From positions 1-62,605 of IMG/VR virus record IMGVR_UViG_3300048110_000198: DNA of 62,605 nt, one strand, 5' to 3'. Positions 38,947 to 46,696 of this stretch are shown piece after piece (the first letter of the stretch is position 1; each line of letters begins with the position of its first letter). The DNA is from a virus (Duplodnaviria; Caudoviricetes). Below the pieces are notes generated by a model, which was not told the DNA's origin, did not search any database, and saw nothing but the letters and a program-made list of their open reading frames with translations. The position numbers and the translations under genes are program-made.

Positions 38947-40743
38947 TTGCTAAAATTAAAGAACATTACGATCCGAAACTTTATGAGTGTCGGAAACGTT
39001 ACACAAGGAATCGATCTAGAACGTGATGCATTGTCACTCGTTCTGGGAAACAACATAGACTTAGGTGGTGATGGTTCACGTAACGGTACAGGTAAGACAA
39101 CTCTTATCAATGCACTATCATATGGATTATATGGCAACGCATTAACAAACATCAAAAAGAATAACTTAATCAATAAGACTAACGGCAAAGGCATGTTAGT
39201 CACAGTTGATTTTGAATATAACGGAAGCGAGTACCGCATTGAGCGTGGTCGTTCTCCTAATGTATTCAAGTTAAAACGTGATGGCGTTGATATGAATGAT
39301 ATGCAAGATGAAGCACAAGGCGAAATGCGACAAACGCAAATCGAAGTTGATTCCATTATTGGTATTTCACACAACATGTTCAAACACATCGTTGCATTGA
39401 ATACATATACTGATCCATTTTTATCGATGCGTCCTAATGATCAACGTGAAATCATTGAAGAACTATTAGGTATTACTGAACTTTCTCGCAAAGCAGATAG
39501 CTTAAAGGATGAAATAAAGTCTACTAAAGAGCAAATCAAAGATGAAGAGTATCGCTTAAAAGCTATCGAAGATGCAAACGGACGTATTCTAAAGTCTATC
39601 AAAGACATTGAACGTAGACAACGTATCTGGACAGACAAACATACAAAAGATGTAGCAGATTTAGAAACAGGTCTAGATGCACTGACACATATCGATATCG
39701 ATGCAGAGATTAAGAACCACACATTCATTGCAGAATATAACGAAAAGAAAACTCGTTTAGATGAAGCTACCCGTTGGATAAGTAGTATCAATGCAGATGA
39801 TGCAAAGCAAGAGAAAGTTATTTCTAAACTAAAAAACGAAATCAAGTTGCTAAAAGAACATACTTGCTATGCTTGTGGACAAGAAATGCATGATGATAAA
39901 CAAGAAAGCATCCTTGCATCAAAAGAAGAACAAAAGCAAGAAGCTACTATGCAATTACTTGCAAACAACACGCAACTACAAGAACATGAAACTGTTGTTA
40001 CAGAAATCGGTGAACTTGGTAGTAAGCCAACAGTATTCTATGATTCACTAAATGATGCATACGAACATCAGAATTCAGTTCGTATGTTAACAGAACAGAT
40101 AGAACAAAAGAAATTAACTGAAGATCCTTACGCAGATCAAATCAAAGAAATGCGTGAAAGTTCATTAGAAGAACTAGATTATTCACACATGAATACGCTA
40201 GTTTCATTTAGAGAACATCAGGACTTCTTAATGAAACTTCTTACTAATAAAGATTCCTTCATTCGTAAGAAAATTATTGATCAAAACTTATCATTCCTAA
40301 ACAAACGTTTAGAATCATACCTAGATAAGTTAGGTCTACCACACGAAGTTAGATTCCAAAGTGATCTAACTGTAGAAATCACTGAACTAGGAAGAGACCT
40401 AGACTTTGATAATTTATCACGTGGTGAACGCAATCGCTTAATCTTAGGACTAAGCTGGGCATTCCGTGATATATTTGAATCACTATATAGTACAATCAAT
40501 GTTATGTTTATAGACGAATTAATTGATTCGGGTATGGATACTAATGGTGTAGAAGCATCACTTGCTGTATTGAAGAAAATGGTTAGAGACAGTGGACGTT
40601 CAGTCTTCTTAGTTTCACACCGTGATGAACTTCAAGGAAGAGTTAGTGATGTGCTGAATGTAGTAAAAGAAAACGGGTTCACTACGTTTGCACAAGAAAC
40701 AGAAACACTAGAACCTGGTGTTGAATTAGATACAGTCATATAG
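38947..40743 (+). CDS. Recombination ATPase subunit, gp46 / Rad50 / SbcC-like (likely TTG start at 38947)
   Basis: Walker A NGTGKTT, zinc hook CYAC, signature LSRGE, Walker B FIDE, VSH switch; GAGAGG Shine-Dalgarno before the TTG. Confidence 0.93.
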   Translation: MLKLKNITIRNFMSVGNVTQGIDLERDALSLVLGNNIDLGGDGSRNGTGKTTLINALSYGLYGNALTNIKKNNLINKTNGKGMLVTVDFEYNGSEYRIERGRSPNVFKLKRDGVDMNDMQDEAQGEMRQTQIEVDSIIGISHNMFKHIVALNTYTDPFLSMRPNDQREIIEELLGITELSRKADSLKDEIKSTKEQIKDEEYRLKAIEDANGRILKSIKDIERRQRIWTDKHTKDVADLETGLDALTHIDIDAEIKNHTFIAEYNEKKTRLDEATRWISSINADDAKQEKVISKLKNEIKLLKEHTCYACGQEMHDDKQESILASKEEQKQEATMQLLANNTQLQEHETVVTEIGELGSKPTVFYDSLNDAYEHQNSVRMLTEQIEQKKLTEDPYADQIKEMRESSLEELDYSHMNTLVSFREHQDFLMKLLTNKDSFIRKKIIDQNLSFLNKRLESYLDKLGLPHEVRFQSDLTVEITELGRDLDFDNLSRGERNRLILGLSWAFRDIFESLYSTINVMFIDELIDSGMDTNGVEASLAVLKKMVRDSGRSVFLVSHRDELQGRVSDVLNVVKENGFTTFAQETETLEPGVELDTVI

Positions 40744-40752
40744 GAGAAAACA

Positions 40753-40929
40753 ATGACAAATCATGAACAAATCGTAGAAAGTTACGAAACTTACCTAAAA
40801 GAACATGCTGCTTGGGAAGAAAAAGGCGTAAAAGCTGCGGCGGCACGTGCAAGAAAAGCACTTGGTGATATTGGTAAACTAACCAAAGAGCGCCGTAAAG
40901 AAATTCAAGATAAAAAGAATAGCATGTAA
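40753..40929 (+). CDS. Small basic protein, histone H1-like (Hc1-type); below the ORF-track cutoff
   Basis: AGGAGA Shine-Dalgarno; 58 aa MTNHEQIVESYETYLKEHAAWEEKGVKAAAARARKALGDIGKLTKERRKEIQDKKNSM with G.KAA..RARKA motif. Confidence 0.7.
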   Translation: MTNHEQIVESYETYLKEHAAWEEKGVKAAAARARKALGDIGKLTKERRKEIQDKKNSM

Positions 40930-40937
40930 AAAAAGTG

Positions 40938-40966
40938 TTGACACATAGTAGATTATCTGCTATACT
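40938..40966 (+). promoter_or_regulatory. Sigma70-type promoter
   Basis: TTGACA-N17-TATACT with an A-tract upstream. Confidence 0.8.
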
Positions 40967-40969
40967 GAT

Positions 40970-41085
40970 AACAATAAGGAAGTTAAGTGTCTCCTCTCAA
41001 CCTCTCTCAAAATGCTTACTTCTTTATTGTTTCAACACAGAGCATGAAACAAAACCCAATGCATCTGATTGCATTGGGTTTTTTC
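40970..41085 (+). ncRNA. Candidate small RNA (or attenuator leader) with CU-rich loop
   Basis: Bounded by a sigma70 promoter and an intrinsic terminator; ~20-bp 5' stem enclosing CTCCTCTCAACCTCTCTCAAA. Confidence 0.55.
41051..41084 (+). terminator. Rho-independent terminator (possibly bidirectional)
   Basis: AAAACCCAATGCA-tctgat-TGCATTGGGTTTT-TT. Confidence 0.75.
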
Positions 41086-41108
41086 ATTATTGAAAGGATA
41101 AAAGTATA

Positions 41109-41297
41109 ATGAGTAAATTTATAGGTAAGGCCGAAGAACGTGAAATGATGCGTGAAGAATCTGAAAAAGCAGTCAAAGAGTTTTTGAAGAATGGCGGCAA
41201 AGTAAAAAAGATTGCTGAAGGTGAACACACTGAAGCAAAAGACATGAAGTATAAATTTCGTAAACCAGCATTCGGTGGTAAGAAAAAAACTGAATAA
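41109..41297 (+). CDS. Small protein with SutA-like RNA-polymerase-binding motif
   Basis: AAAGGA Shine-Dalgarno; EKAVKEFLKNGGKVKKI resembles the EEFLxxGGKVxxI core of SutA as I recall it. Confidence 0.5.
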   Translation: MSKFIGKAEEREMMREESEKAVKEFLKNGGKVKKIAEGEHTEAKDMKYKFRKPAFGGKKKTE

Positions 41298-41305
41298 ATA
41301 CTCTC

Positions 41306-41638
41306 ATGGAATTCTTATTAAAAGCAATCATTGGCGGTATAATAATTGCCAGTGTAGTTACAATCGCCCAACGTGGCAATCCAACAATGGGAGCCTTAAT
41401 ATTAGGTATCCCATTAAGTAGTATTGTTAGCATCATATTCATGTATTACGCAGGAGTAGATGTTTCAGTATATACACAATTAGCAATAGAAACTGTATAT
41501 TTTGTACTAATCAGTTTAGCATTCTTTCCAATATTTGCATATATGGTATATGTTATGCCATTCTGGCCAGCACTAATTATATCAACTAGTATTTCTATGT
41601 CAGGATTATATGTACTAAAACTATTCTTAGAAAGATAA
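41306..41638 (+). CDS. Small integral membrane protein (about 4 TM helices; DUF3147/GlpM-like)
   Basis: Four hydrophobic segments; KAIIGG...GALILGIPLSS pattern. Confidence 0.6.
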   Translation: MEFLLKAIIGGIIIASVVTIAQRGNPTMGALILGIPLSSIVSIIFMYYAGVDVSVYTQLAIETVYFVLISLAFFPIFAYMVYVMPFWPALIISTSISMSGLYVLKLFLER

Positions 41639-41642
41639 TGAC

Positions 41643-41891
41643 TTGAACTGGATACAAATAGATAAACAAATTATCAGTATGATGCGGGTAATCAACGATA
41701 AAGATAAACTCTACGAAGATGTAAAGCATGTATTCAAGTGGAATGACTCACAAGTCGAAGCCGCTGTAAGACCATTGATTGAACGATGGGACTGGTACGG
41801 CATGCACAAAGATGAAAAGCCAGTAAAGAAAAAACGTGCAACAAAAAAAGCCCCTGCTAAAAAAGCAAAGGCTACTAAGAAGAAATCATAA
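41643..41891 (+). CDS. Hypothetical protein with Lys/Ala-rich tail
   Basis: 82-aa ORF ending KKKRATKKAPAKKAKATKKKS. Confidence 0.6.
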   Translation: MNWIQIDKQIISMMRVINDKDKLYEDVKHVFKWNDSQVEAAVRPLIERWDWYGMHKDEKPVKKKRATKKAPAKKAKATKKKS

Positions 41892-42323
41892 TCTATCTTT
41901 AAAATTTTCTAAATATTCTGTAAGAACTTTCGAACTGCCTATTCGAACATTGATGATACCGTTATAGTATTCATCAGTTTCTAATACACGGCGTTCGAAT
42001 TGTTCCCGTGCCTCCATATAACTTAAAGCACCACGACTCGGACAGTAGTGAAGTATTTCTCTTGTAAACTTGTCTTCACCTAGTTCTGCTACATCTGCAT
42101 TAAGATGATCAGAAGAACCCCAATATGTACGCCAATCGCTTTCTTTATATCCACGTCTTTTGTTCTTTCGCCCTTTTAAAGGTGGCTTCGTGGTTTTAAA
42201 CTTAGCTAACTTCTTACCTACATATTTTCTATTATTAGTGGTATTAGTAATAAGATAAACAAATCCCTCAACATCATCAGGTAATTCATTAACTATCTTA
42301 TTATCATATTTCCAATCACTCAT
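41886..42323 (-). CDS. Stand-alone GIY-YIG family endonuclease
   Basis: GFVYLITN...KYVGKK, YWGSS, FTREIL, E...YYN motifs; no C-terminal DNA-binding extension. Confidence 0.8.
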   Translation of the reverse strand: MSDWKYDNKIVNELPDDVEGFVYLITNTTNNRKYVGKKLAKFKTTKPPLKGRKNKRRGYKESDWRTYWGSSDHLNADVAELGEDKFTREILHYCPSRGALSYMEAREQFERRVLETDEYYNGIINVRIGSSKVLTEYLENFKDRL

Positions 42324-42430
42324 TAGTAAATCATTTCATCTTATAAGGTCTAAAGACCTAATCCTTCATAAATCTCATATCGCTTTCGCTCAATCGATTT
42401 AATCAGTCTTTATGGTTTATATTATAATTG

Positions 42431-42438
42431 TATTTATA
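42431..42438 (-). promoter_or_regulatory. T4-type late promoter TATAAATA upstream of the GIY-YIG gene
   Basis: Exact consensus on the minus strand about 105 nt before the ATG. Confidence 0.55.
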
Positions 42439-42439
42439 T

Positions 42440-42930
42440 ATGCCTGCGGCTAAGCCACAATTGCCCTACTGCTAGAGCAACTGCAAAAAAATTATGGATA
42501 CATGCCATAGCTTCATCGCCTCTGTTTATGAGCTAGTAGCCAGAAACTACGGGGTCGGTTGGCGATTCCCCCTTCACTCAGTACTGCGTCTTTCGACCCA
42601 ACGGCATCACAATAAGTCCAAACAGACGGAGTATATTGTAATCGATAGTGCTATAGTAGCCTATCATCGGTTATATTATTAAACTGGTCAACCACGCACC
42701 TTTAGAGCCGTGGCTGTTGTAATTAGAATACTTGTATATGTGGTTACGAGAAGATTGTAGGAATTCATCCCTACTAGTCCAACGGCAACAGTTTTTACAC
42801 TGGCAGATTCAATCCCGAGTTGGCTACCCAACTAACAGATCCACTATGTTGTGATATATTAGCCTGTTTCATTATATTAGCCTTGTGTTCTTTATATTAG
42901 ATTTATATTAGTTTTCAATAGAGCCTGATT
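42440..42930 (-). ncRNA. Candidate large structured non-coding RNA or origin-like region
   Basis: Longest ORF-free interval in the window, locally GC-richer, many hairpins including a GAAA tetraloop and G-U pairs on the minus strand. Confidence 0.45.
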
Positions 42931-42945
42931 TATTTATGTTAGCCT
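42855..42945. repeat. Five short direct repeats TATATTAG(CCT)
   Basis: Copies at 42855, 42873, 42893, 42904 and a variant (TATGTTAGCCT) at 42935. Confidence 0.7.
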
Positions 42946-43175
42946 TAGAGTATTGGCGTTCCAGCCTGTTTACTCATTTCATAGTTTTCTTTTATAATTT
43001 CGTTGATATGATCGATGTGAGATACTGGCATATCATGTAATTCAGATATGCTTACCCCACCTCTCATATACCAAGTTAACTTTAACATATTTTTATGCAG
43101 CTTGTCAAGCTCTTTTTCAAACTTTTTTGTTTTTTCTTCAATTTCTTTGTTACTGGCTGTTATGAGCCAGTGCCG
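42945..43175 (-). CDS. gp51-like ORF, probably expressed as a -1 frameshift extension of the gp26-like gene (not in the ORF track)
   Basis: 76 sense codons RHWLITASNKEIEEK...LTWYMRGGVSISELHDMP...TPIL in the -1 frame from the T TTT TTC site; no good independent start. Confidence 0.7.
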   Translation of the reverse strand, partial: RHWLITASNKEIEEKTKKFEKELDKLHKNMLKLTWYMRGGVSISELHDMPVSHIDHINEIIKENYEMSKQAGTPIL

Positions 43176-44005
43176 AAAAAATTTACAGGGTTGACCTCCA
43201 AGACAACCTTATCTTTCGCTTCGCATTCTGGGCATGAGAATTCAAACGTAGTTGCATCCTCAGGCTTCTTAGACAGAAATTCAATCTTTTTATTAATCTC
43301 ATTTACAACCTTAGTTGGAATGTTTTCTAAGAATTCACTGATAGTATCATAATCAGTGACATCTCCATCTGGTGTCTCTATGTAATTTATAGTATTTGCC
43401 AAAAGTTCAACATTGTGTTCTGCGATTGTTCTAAAACTAGAATAGAAACGTCTTGCTAGTTCATCTTCCTTCATTACTTCATCGCCGTATGTATCTTGTA
43501 TAGAACGTACAATACGTTGTTGTTCTAAATCAATTAACGCTAGTCTAGTAATTGCTTCTACTGTGGGAGGTTGAAGATGTATTTTAAGACTATCGAATTC
43601 TACTGGTTCAACTTCTTCAATATCCGGGAAACGATTTAAGATAACATTGATATCAATATTAAAATCACTTTGTTCTTCGCATGACTTACATGTATGTGTA
43701 TGTGTTAATTCACTGCCATAAGTTGCATATTGAATTGCAAGAAACAATGCTTCAACATCTATATTACACATACCTCTTGGATTAGGAATATCAGGACAGC
43801 AACTAGCAACTAAACTAATCAATGCTTCTCCATTTAATAGTGCGTCTGGATTCTTTAGAGTTATCTCATCAATTGCAGTCATAGGCAATACACCGATCTC
43901 ATCTAATTGTGATGTACTGATTTCTGGATTAAATTTACCGCCTGTGGGCAGTTTTATATAAATTGATGGTTTTCTAAAGTATTTTTGTAGTGGGTTATTT
44001 GTCAT
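43160..44005 (-). CDS. Baseplate hub / tail assembly chaperone, T4 gp26-like
   Basis: IKLPTGG, PMTAIDE, CKSC...CPEC zinc pairs, C-terminal NFF. Confidence 0.75.
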   Translation of the reverse strand: MTNNPLQKYFRKPSIYIKLPTGGKFNPEISTSQLDEIGVLPMTAIDEITLKNPDALLNGEALISLVASCCPDIPNPRGMCNIDVEALFLAIQYATYGSELTHTHTCKSCEEQSDFNIDINVILNRFPDIEEVEPVEFDSLKIHLQPPTVEAITRLALIDLEQQRIVRSIQDTYGDEVMKEDELARRFYSSFRTIAEHNVELLANTINYIETPDGDVTDYDTISEFLENIPTKVVNEINKKIEFLSKKPEDATTFEFSCPECEAKDKVVLEVNPVNFFGTGS

Positions 44006-44056
44006 TTATTTCGCCTCTTGATAAATACAACGATACATTATATTTATGTCTATAGT

Positions 44057-44086
44057 TATTTAATCAATTATAAACTACGAATATAA
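44057..44086. promoter_or_regulatory. Conserved 30-bp divergent-promoter motif, copy 3
   Basis: tatttaatcaattataaactacgaatataa aligns to the copies at 26741 and 36347; further xATAAATA motifs at 44020 (+) and 44041 (-). Confidence 0.65.
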
Positions 44087-44105
44087 TCAAAAAGTGAGAG
44101 AGTTT

Positions 44106-46637
44106 ATGGCAGAAGACGTAATTATTAGAGGTTTTGGAGATGATAGAGATTTTCCTGACTTTGCTACTGAAAAAACTATTAAGACAGTGGAGGCAGCTTT
44201 AAAGCAAGCTAACGTATTTAATAGTGAGTCCACCAAGTATCTAGCACAGGTTGCATTAGGTGAAAAGCGTGGTCAGATGGCTATGAATAAACTTATGCAA
44301 TCTATGAACAATGTTGCATCAGAAATTAAAAAAGGTGCAAAAGATGGTAGTGATGCCGCAGATTCTGCCGATCAAGCAAGTAAAAAGCAATTAGGTGCAT
44401 TTACTAAATTACTAACATTAGGAAAAGACACCATCAAATTGAGAAAAGAACAATTTGCAAAAGAGTTAAAAAATGATGACGAGATAAAGCGCCTTATGAA
44501 ACAAGGTATGGCTGAAGATAGTGCAGGTCTTATGGCTGGGTTATCAAGTCTATCTGGTATTGCAGGTAAACTTGCTGCAGGTGTTGTTGCAGTTGCAGGA
44601 GTAGTTAAAGGTGCAAACAACTATCTATTACAACAAGGAACTGATAGATTCAACTTCGCACAAGAATTAAGACAGAGTGGTCTAGCCGCAGGACTTTCTG
44701 AATCAGGTGCAAGTCTAACAGCATTTGCAGATAAGGTTCGAGTGAATAACTTTACTCTAGGAGAAGCCGCAGAGTTTACACAGCGTTTCTCAAAAGCAGT
44801 TGGTGTTACTGGTGTTAATGGTGCATTAGATTTTGTAAACACATTAGCATATAGTGGAGATAACGGCGGCGATATGATGCGTAGGTTTGGTATGGAGTTT
44901 GGTGAAGTTGCAAATGTATCAGGTGAATACTTAGAATCTGTACGTGCATTAGGTATGTTAGACAAAATGTCAAATAATGAACTTAGACTTGGTATGGACA
45001 ATTTTATGTCAACCGTTGTTGCAACATCTAATATTATGAAGATTAATATGGAAGATGCAGCACAAATGATTAAAGATACATTAAAACGTGATGATATTAC
45101 ATCATTGCTTGCTACTATGGATCCAGATAGAGCCGCACAAGTACAAGATGTAGTAGGACTTGCAGGAGGTATGCAAACTGAGCTAGGCGAAGCCCTTGCA
45201 CAAAGATTAGCAGCAGGTTCACAACAAGAATTTATGATGTCCGATGCATATAGACAATTACAATCAAGTCCTATAGCAATGGAACTTCTTCCAGTAATTG
45301 AAAGATTAGCATCAGCATCAGAACAAGGAGGAACTGAAGGGTTCCAAAATGCATTTGCTAATCTAAGTGGTGATATTGAAAGAATAAGAGGTATAGCATC
45401 TGATAACAGAGTTCTATTTACATCTGGCTCAGATGATACAGGCATGAAAGTACTAGCACAATTGATGAGACAATCACAAACAGCAGAAGATGCAAATGCT
45501 GGATTTGTTAAATTGGGAGAAGATGACCAAGCAGTAATAGGTGCAGTTGAAGTCCAGCGACAGTTTACAGTTGCTATGGAAGGTGTAAATAATGAGCTAA
45601 TAAAATCTGGTAACTTTGGTGAGAATGTAGCAAAACTTAATAGAGCAAATCTAGCATTAATTGAAACTTTAGAAGCAGAAGCAACCGGTGTTGCAAATCA
45701 AGTATCTGGTATTATATTTGATACTACATTTGCTGCGCAAGCAGGTGTGACATCAATTATTAATAGATTTGTAGGAAGTGTGGCAGATATAGCACGTGGT
45801 GTCGGACTACTGGATAGTGAGGCAGGAAAAGCCGCAGATGCAGTAAGAGCAATGAGACAATCTATTAATGCTACCTTTGGCGGCGCAGCAGCGTTTGATG
45901 CAAATGGTGAATTAGCTTCTGGTCCTATCGGTGACTTAGTTAATAAAATTAATAGTACTGAAACAGAAATATCAAACTTAGGTCCGGATGCAAATCCATA
46001 TACGCAAGGTGGTTTAACTGCATCATTACAACGTGATAGAGCAGAATTAGAAGAATTAATTTCTGAAATCGAAGTAGCAAATCCACAAGCGGCTAATCTA
46101 CTTAGAATTGAAGCAGGATTAAATAATCTAGTACAAGCAGATGAAACTGTGCAATATGACCCAGAACGATTAGCATTAGAACAACAAATGATGTTGACAT
46201 CACATGGTGGTTTTATTGGACAAAAGGATTCTGAAGGTTATGTACTTCAAGGCGGCGGTCGCATGGAAACTAGTGAACAGGCGTCTGAGCGTGTATTAGC
46301 ATCATTAGAAGCTAGTTTAGGAACAACTTTGAATAGAAAGGCATTCAATGCGATAAGTTCTGGCGATAGTACTGATTTATTAGACACACTTGGTTTTGAC
46401 GATGCAGATAACAATATAACTGCCGAAGAAACTAGAATGGTTGGAGATATGATAATAGCTATGAACGAAAACAATATGCTAAGCCAAGAAAAAGTACAAG
46501 AATTAATAGAAGCGATGAAAAATACAACAGGATCTGAAGGAGCTTTAGACTTCAGTGTAGCATCAGCAGAAGAAAAGGCAGAACGTGACAGACTAATATC
46601 TTCAATTGATATATTAGTAACACAACTAAGACAATAA
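44106..46637 (+). CDS. Putative tape measure protein (gp29-like)
   Basis: Long Ala/Gly-rich helical protein with one hydrophobic segment, adjacent to the gp26/gp51-like chaperone; start MAEDV at 44106. Confidence 0.6.
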   Translation: MAEDVIIRGFGDDRDFPDFATEKTIKTVEAALKQANVFNSESTKYLAQVALGEKRGQMAMNKLMQSMNNVASEIKKGAKDGSDAADSADQASKKQLGAFTKLLTLGKDTIKLRKEQFAKELKNDDEIKRLMKQGMAEDSAGLMAGLSSLSGIAGKLAAGVVAVAGVVKGANNYLLQQGTDRFNFAQELRQSGLAAGLSESGASLTAFADKVRVNNFTLGEAAEFTQRFSKAVGVTGVNGALDFVNTLAYSGDNGGDMMRRFGMEFGEVANVSGEYLESVRALGMLDKMSNNELRLGMDNFMSTVVATSNIMKINMEDAAQMIKDTLKRDDITSLLATMDPDRAAQVQDVVGLAGGMQTELGEALAQRLAAGSQQEFMMSDAYRQLQSSPIAMELLPVIERLASASEQGGTEGFQNAFANLSGDIERIRGIASDNRVLFTSGSDDTGMKVLAQLMRQSQTAEDANAGFVKLGEDDQAVIGAVEVQRQFTVAMEGVNNELIKSGNFGENVAKLNRANLALIETLEAEATGVANQVSGIIFDTTFAAQAGVTSIINRFVGSVADIARGVGLLDSEAGKAADAVRAMRQSINATFGGAAAFDANGELASGPIGDLVNKINSTETEISNLGPDANPYTQGGLTASLQRDRAELEELISEIEVANPQAANLLRIEAGLNNLVQADETVQYDPERLALEQQMMLTSHGGFIGQKDSEGYVLQGGGRMETSEQASERVLASLEASLGTTLNRKAFNAISSGDSTDLLDTLGFDDADNNITAEETRMVGDMIIAMNENNMLSQEKVQELIEAMKNTTGSEGALDFSVASAEEKAERDRLISSIDILVTQLRQ

Positions 46638-46642
46638 AACAT

Positions 46643-46671
46643 TTGACACACTGATAAAAGTGTGTTATTAT
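46643..46671 (+). promoter_or_regulatory. Sigma70-type promoter with an inverted repeat in the spacer, upstream of the portal gene
   Basis: TTGACA-N17-TATTAT; ACACACT-gataaa-AGTGTGT at 46646-46665. Confidence 0.65.
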
Positions 46672-46696
46672 ACGTAAAGATACAGGATTATATATA

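Noticed and set aside
41886-42323. GIY-YIG gene as an intron-encoded or mobile homing endonuclease
   Set aside because: It interrupts no gene, lacks the usual C-terminal DNA-binding modules, and has no flanking repeats, so it was kept as a stand-alone nuclease.
42494-42682. 62-aa plus-strand ORF in the non-coding region
   Set aside because: No Shine-Dalgarno, atypical composition, and it overlaps hairpins that favour the opposite strand.
42324-42944. tRNA, tmRNA, RNase P RNA or group I/II intron
   Set aside because: I could not find a cloverleaf with T-loop, tmRNA termini, the RNase P GAGGAAAGUCC motif or intron core motifs, and the flanking genes appear uninterrupted. A covariance-model search is still needed.
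43079-43108. Minus-strand TTGACA-N18-TAAAGT inside the gp51-like ORF as a promoter for the non-coding region
   Set aside because: It lies within coding sequence, has a non-optimal spacer and a weaker -10 box, so it is not supportable without TSS data.
44621-45445. 274-aa antisense ORF, and similar shadow ORFs such as 49056..49571, 22768..23220 and 61998..62504
   Set aside because: They lie opposite well-supported genes and are explained by codon bias leaving the antisense frame open.
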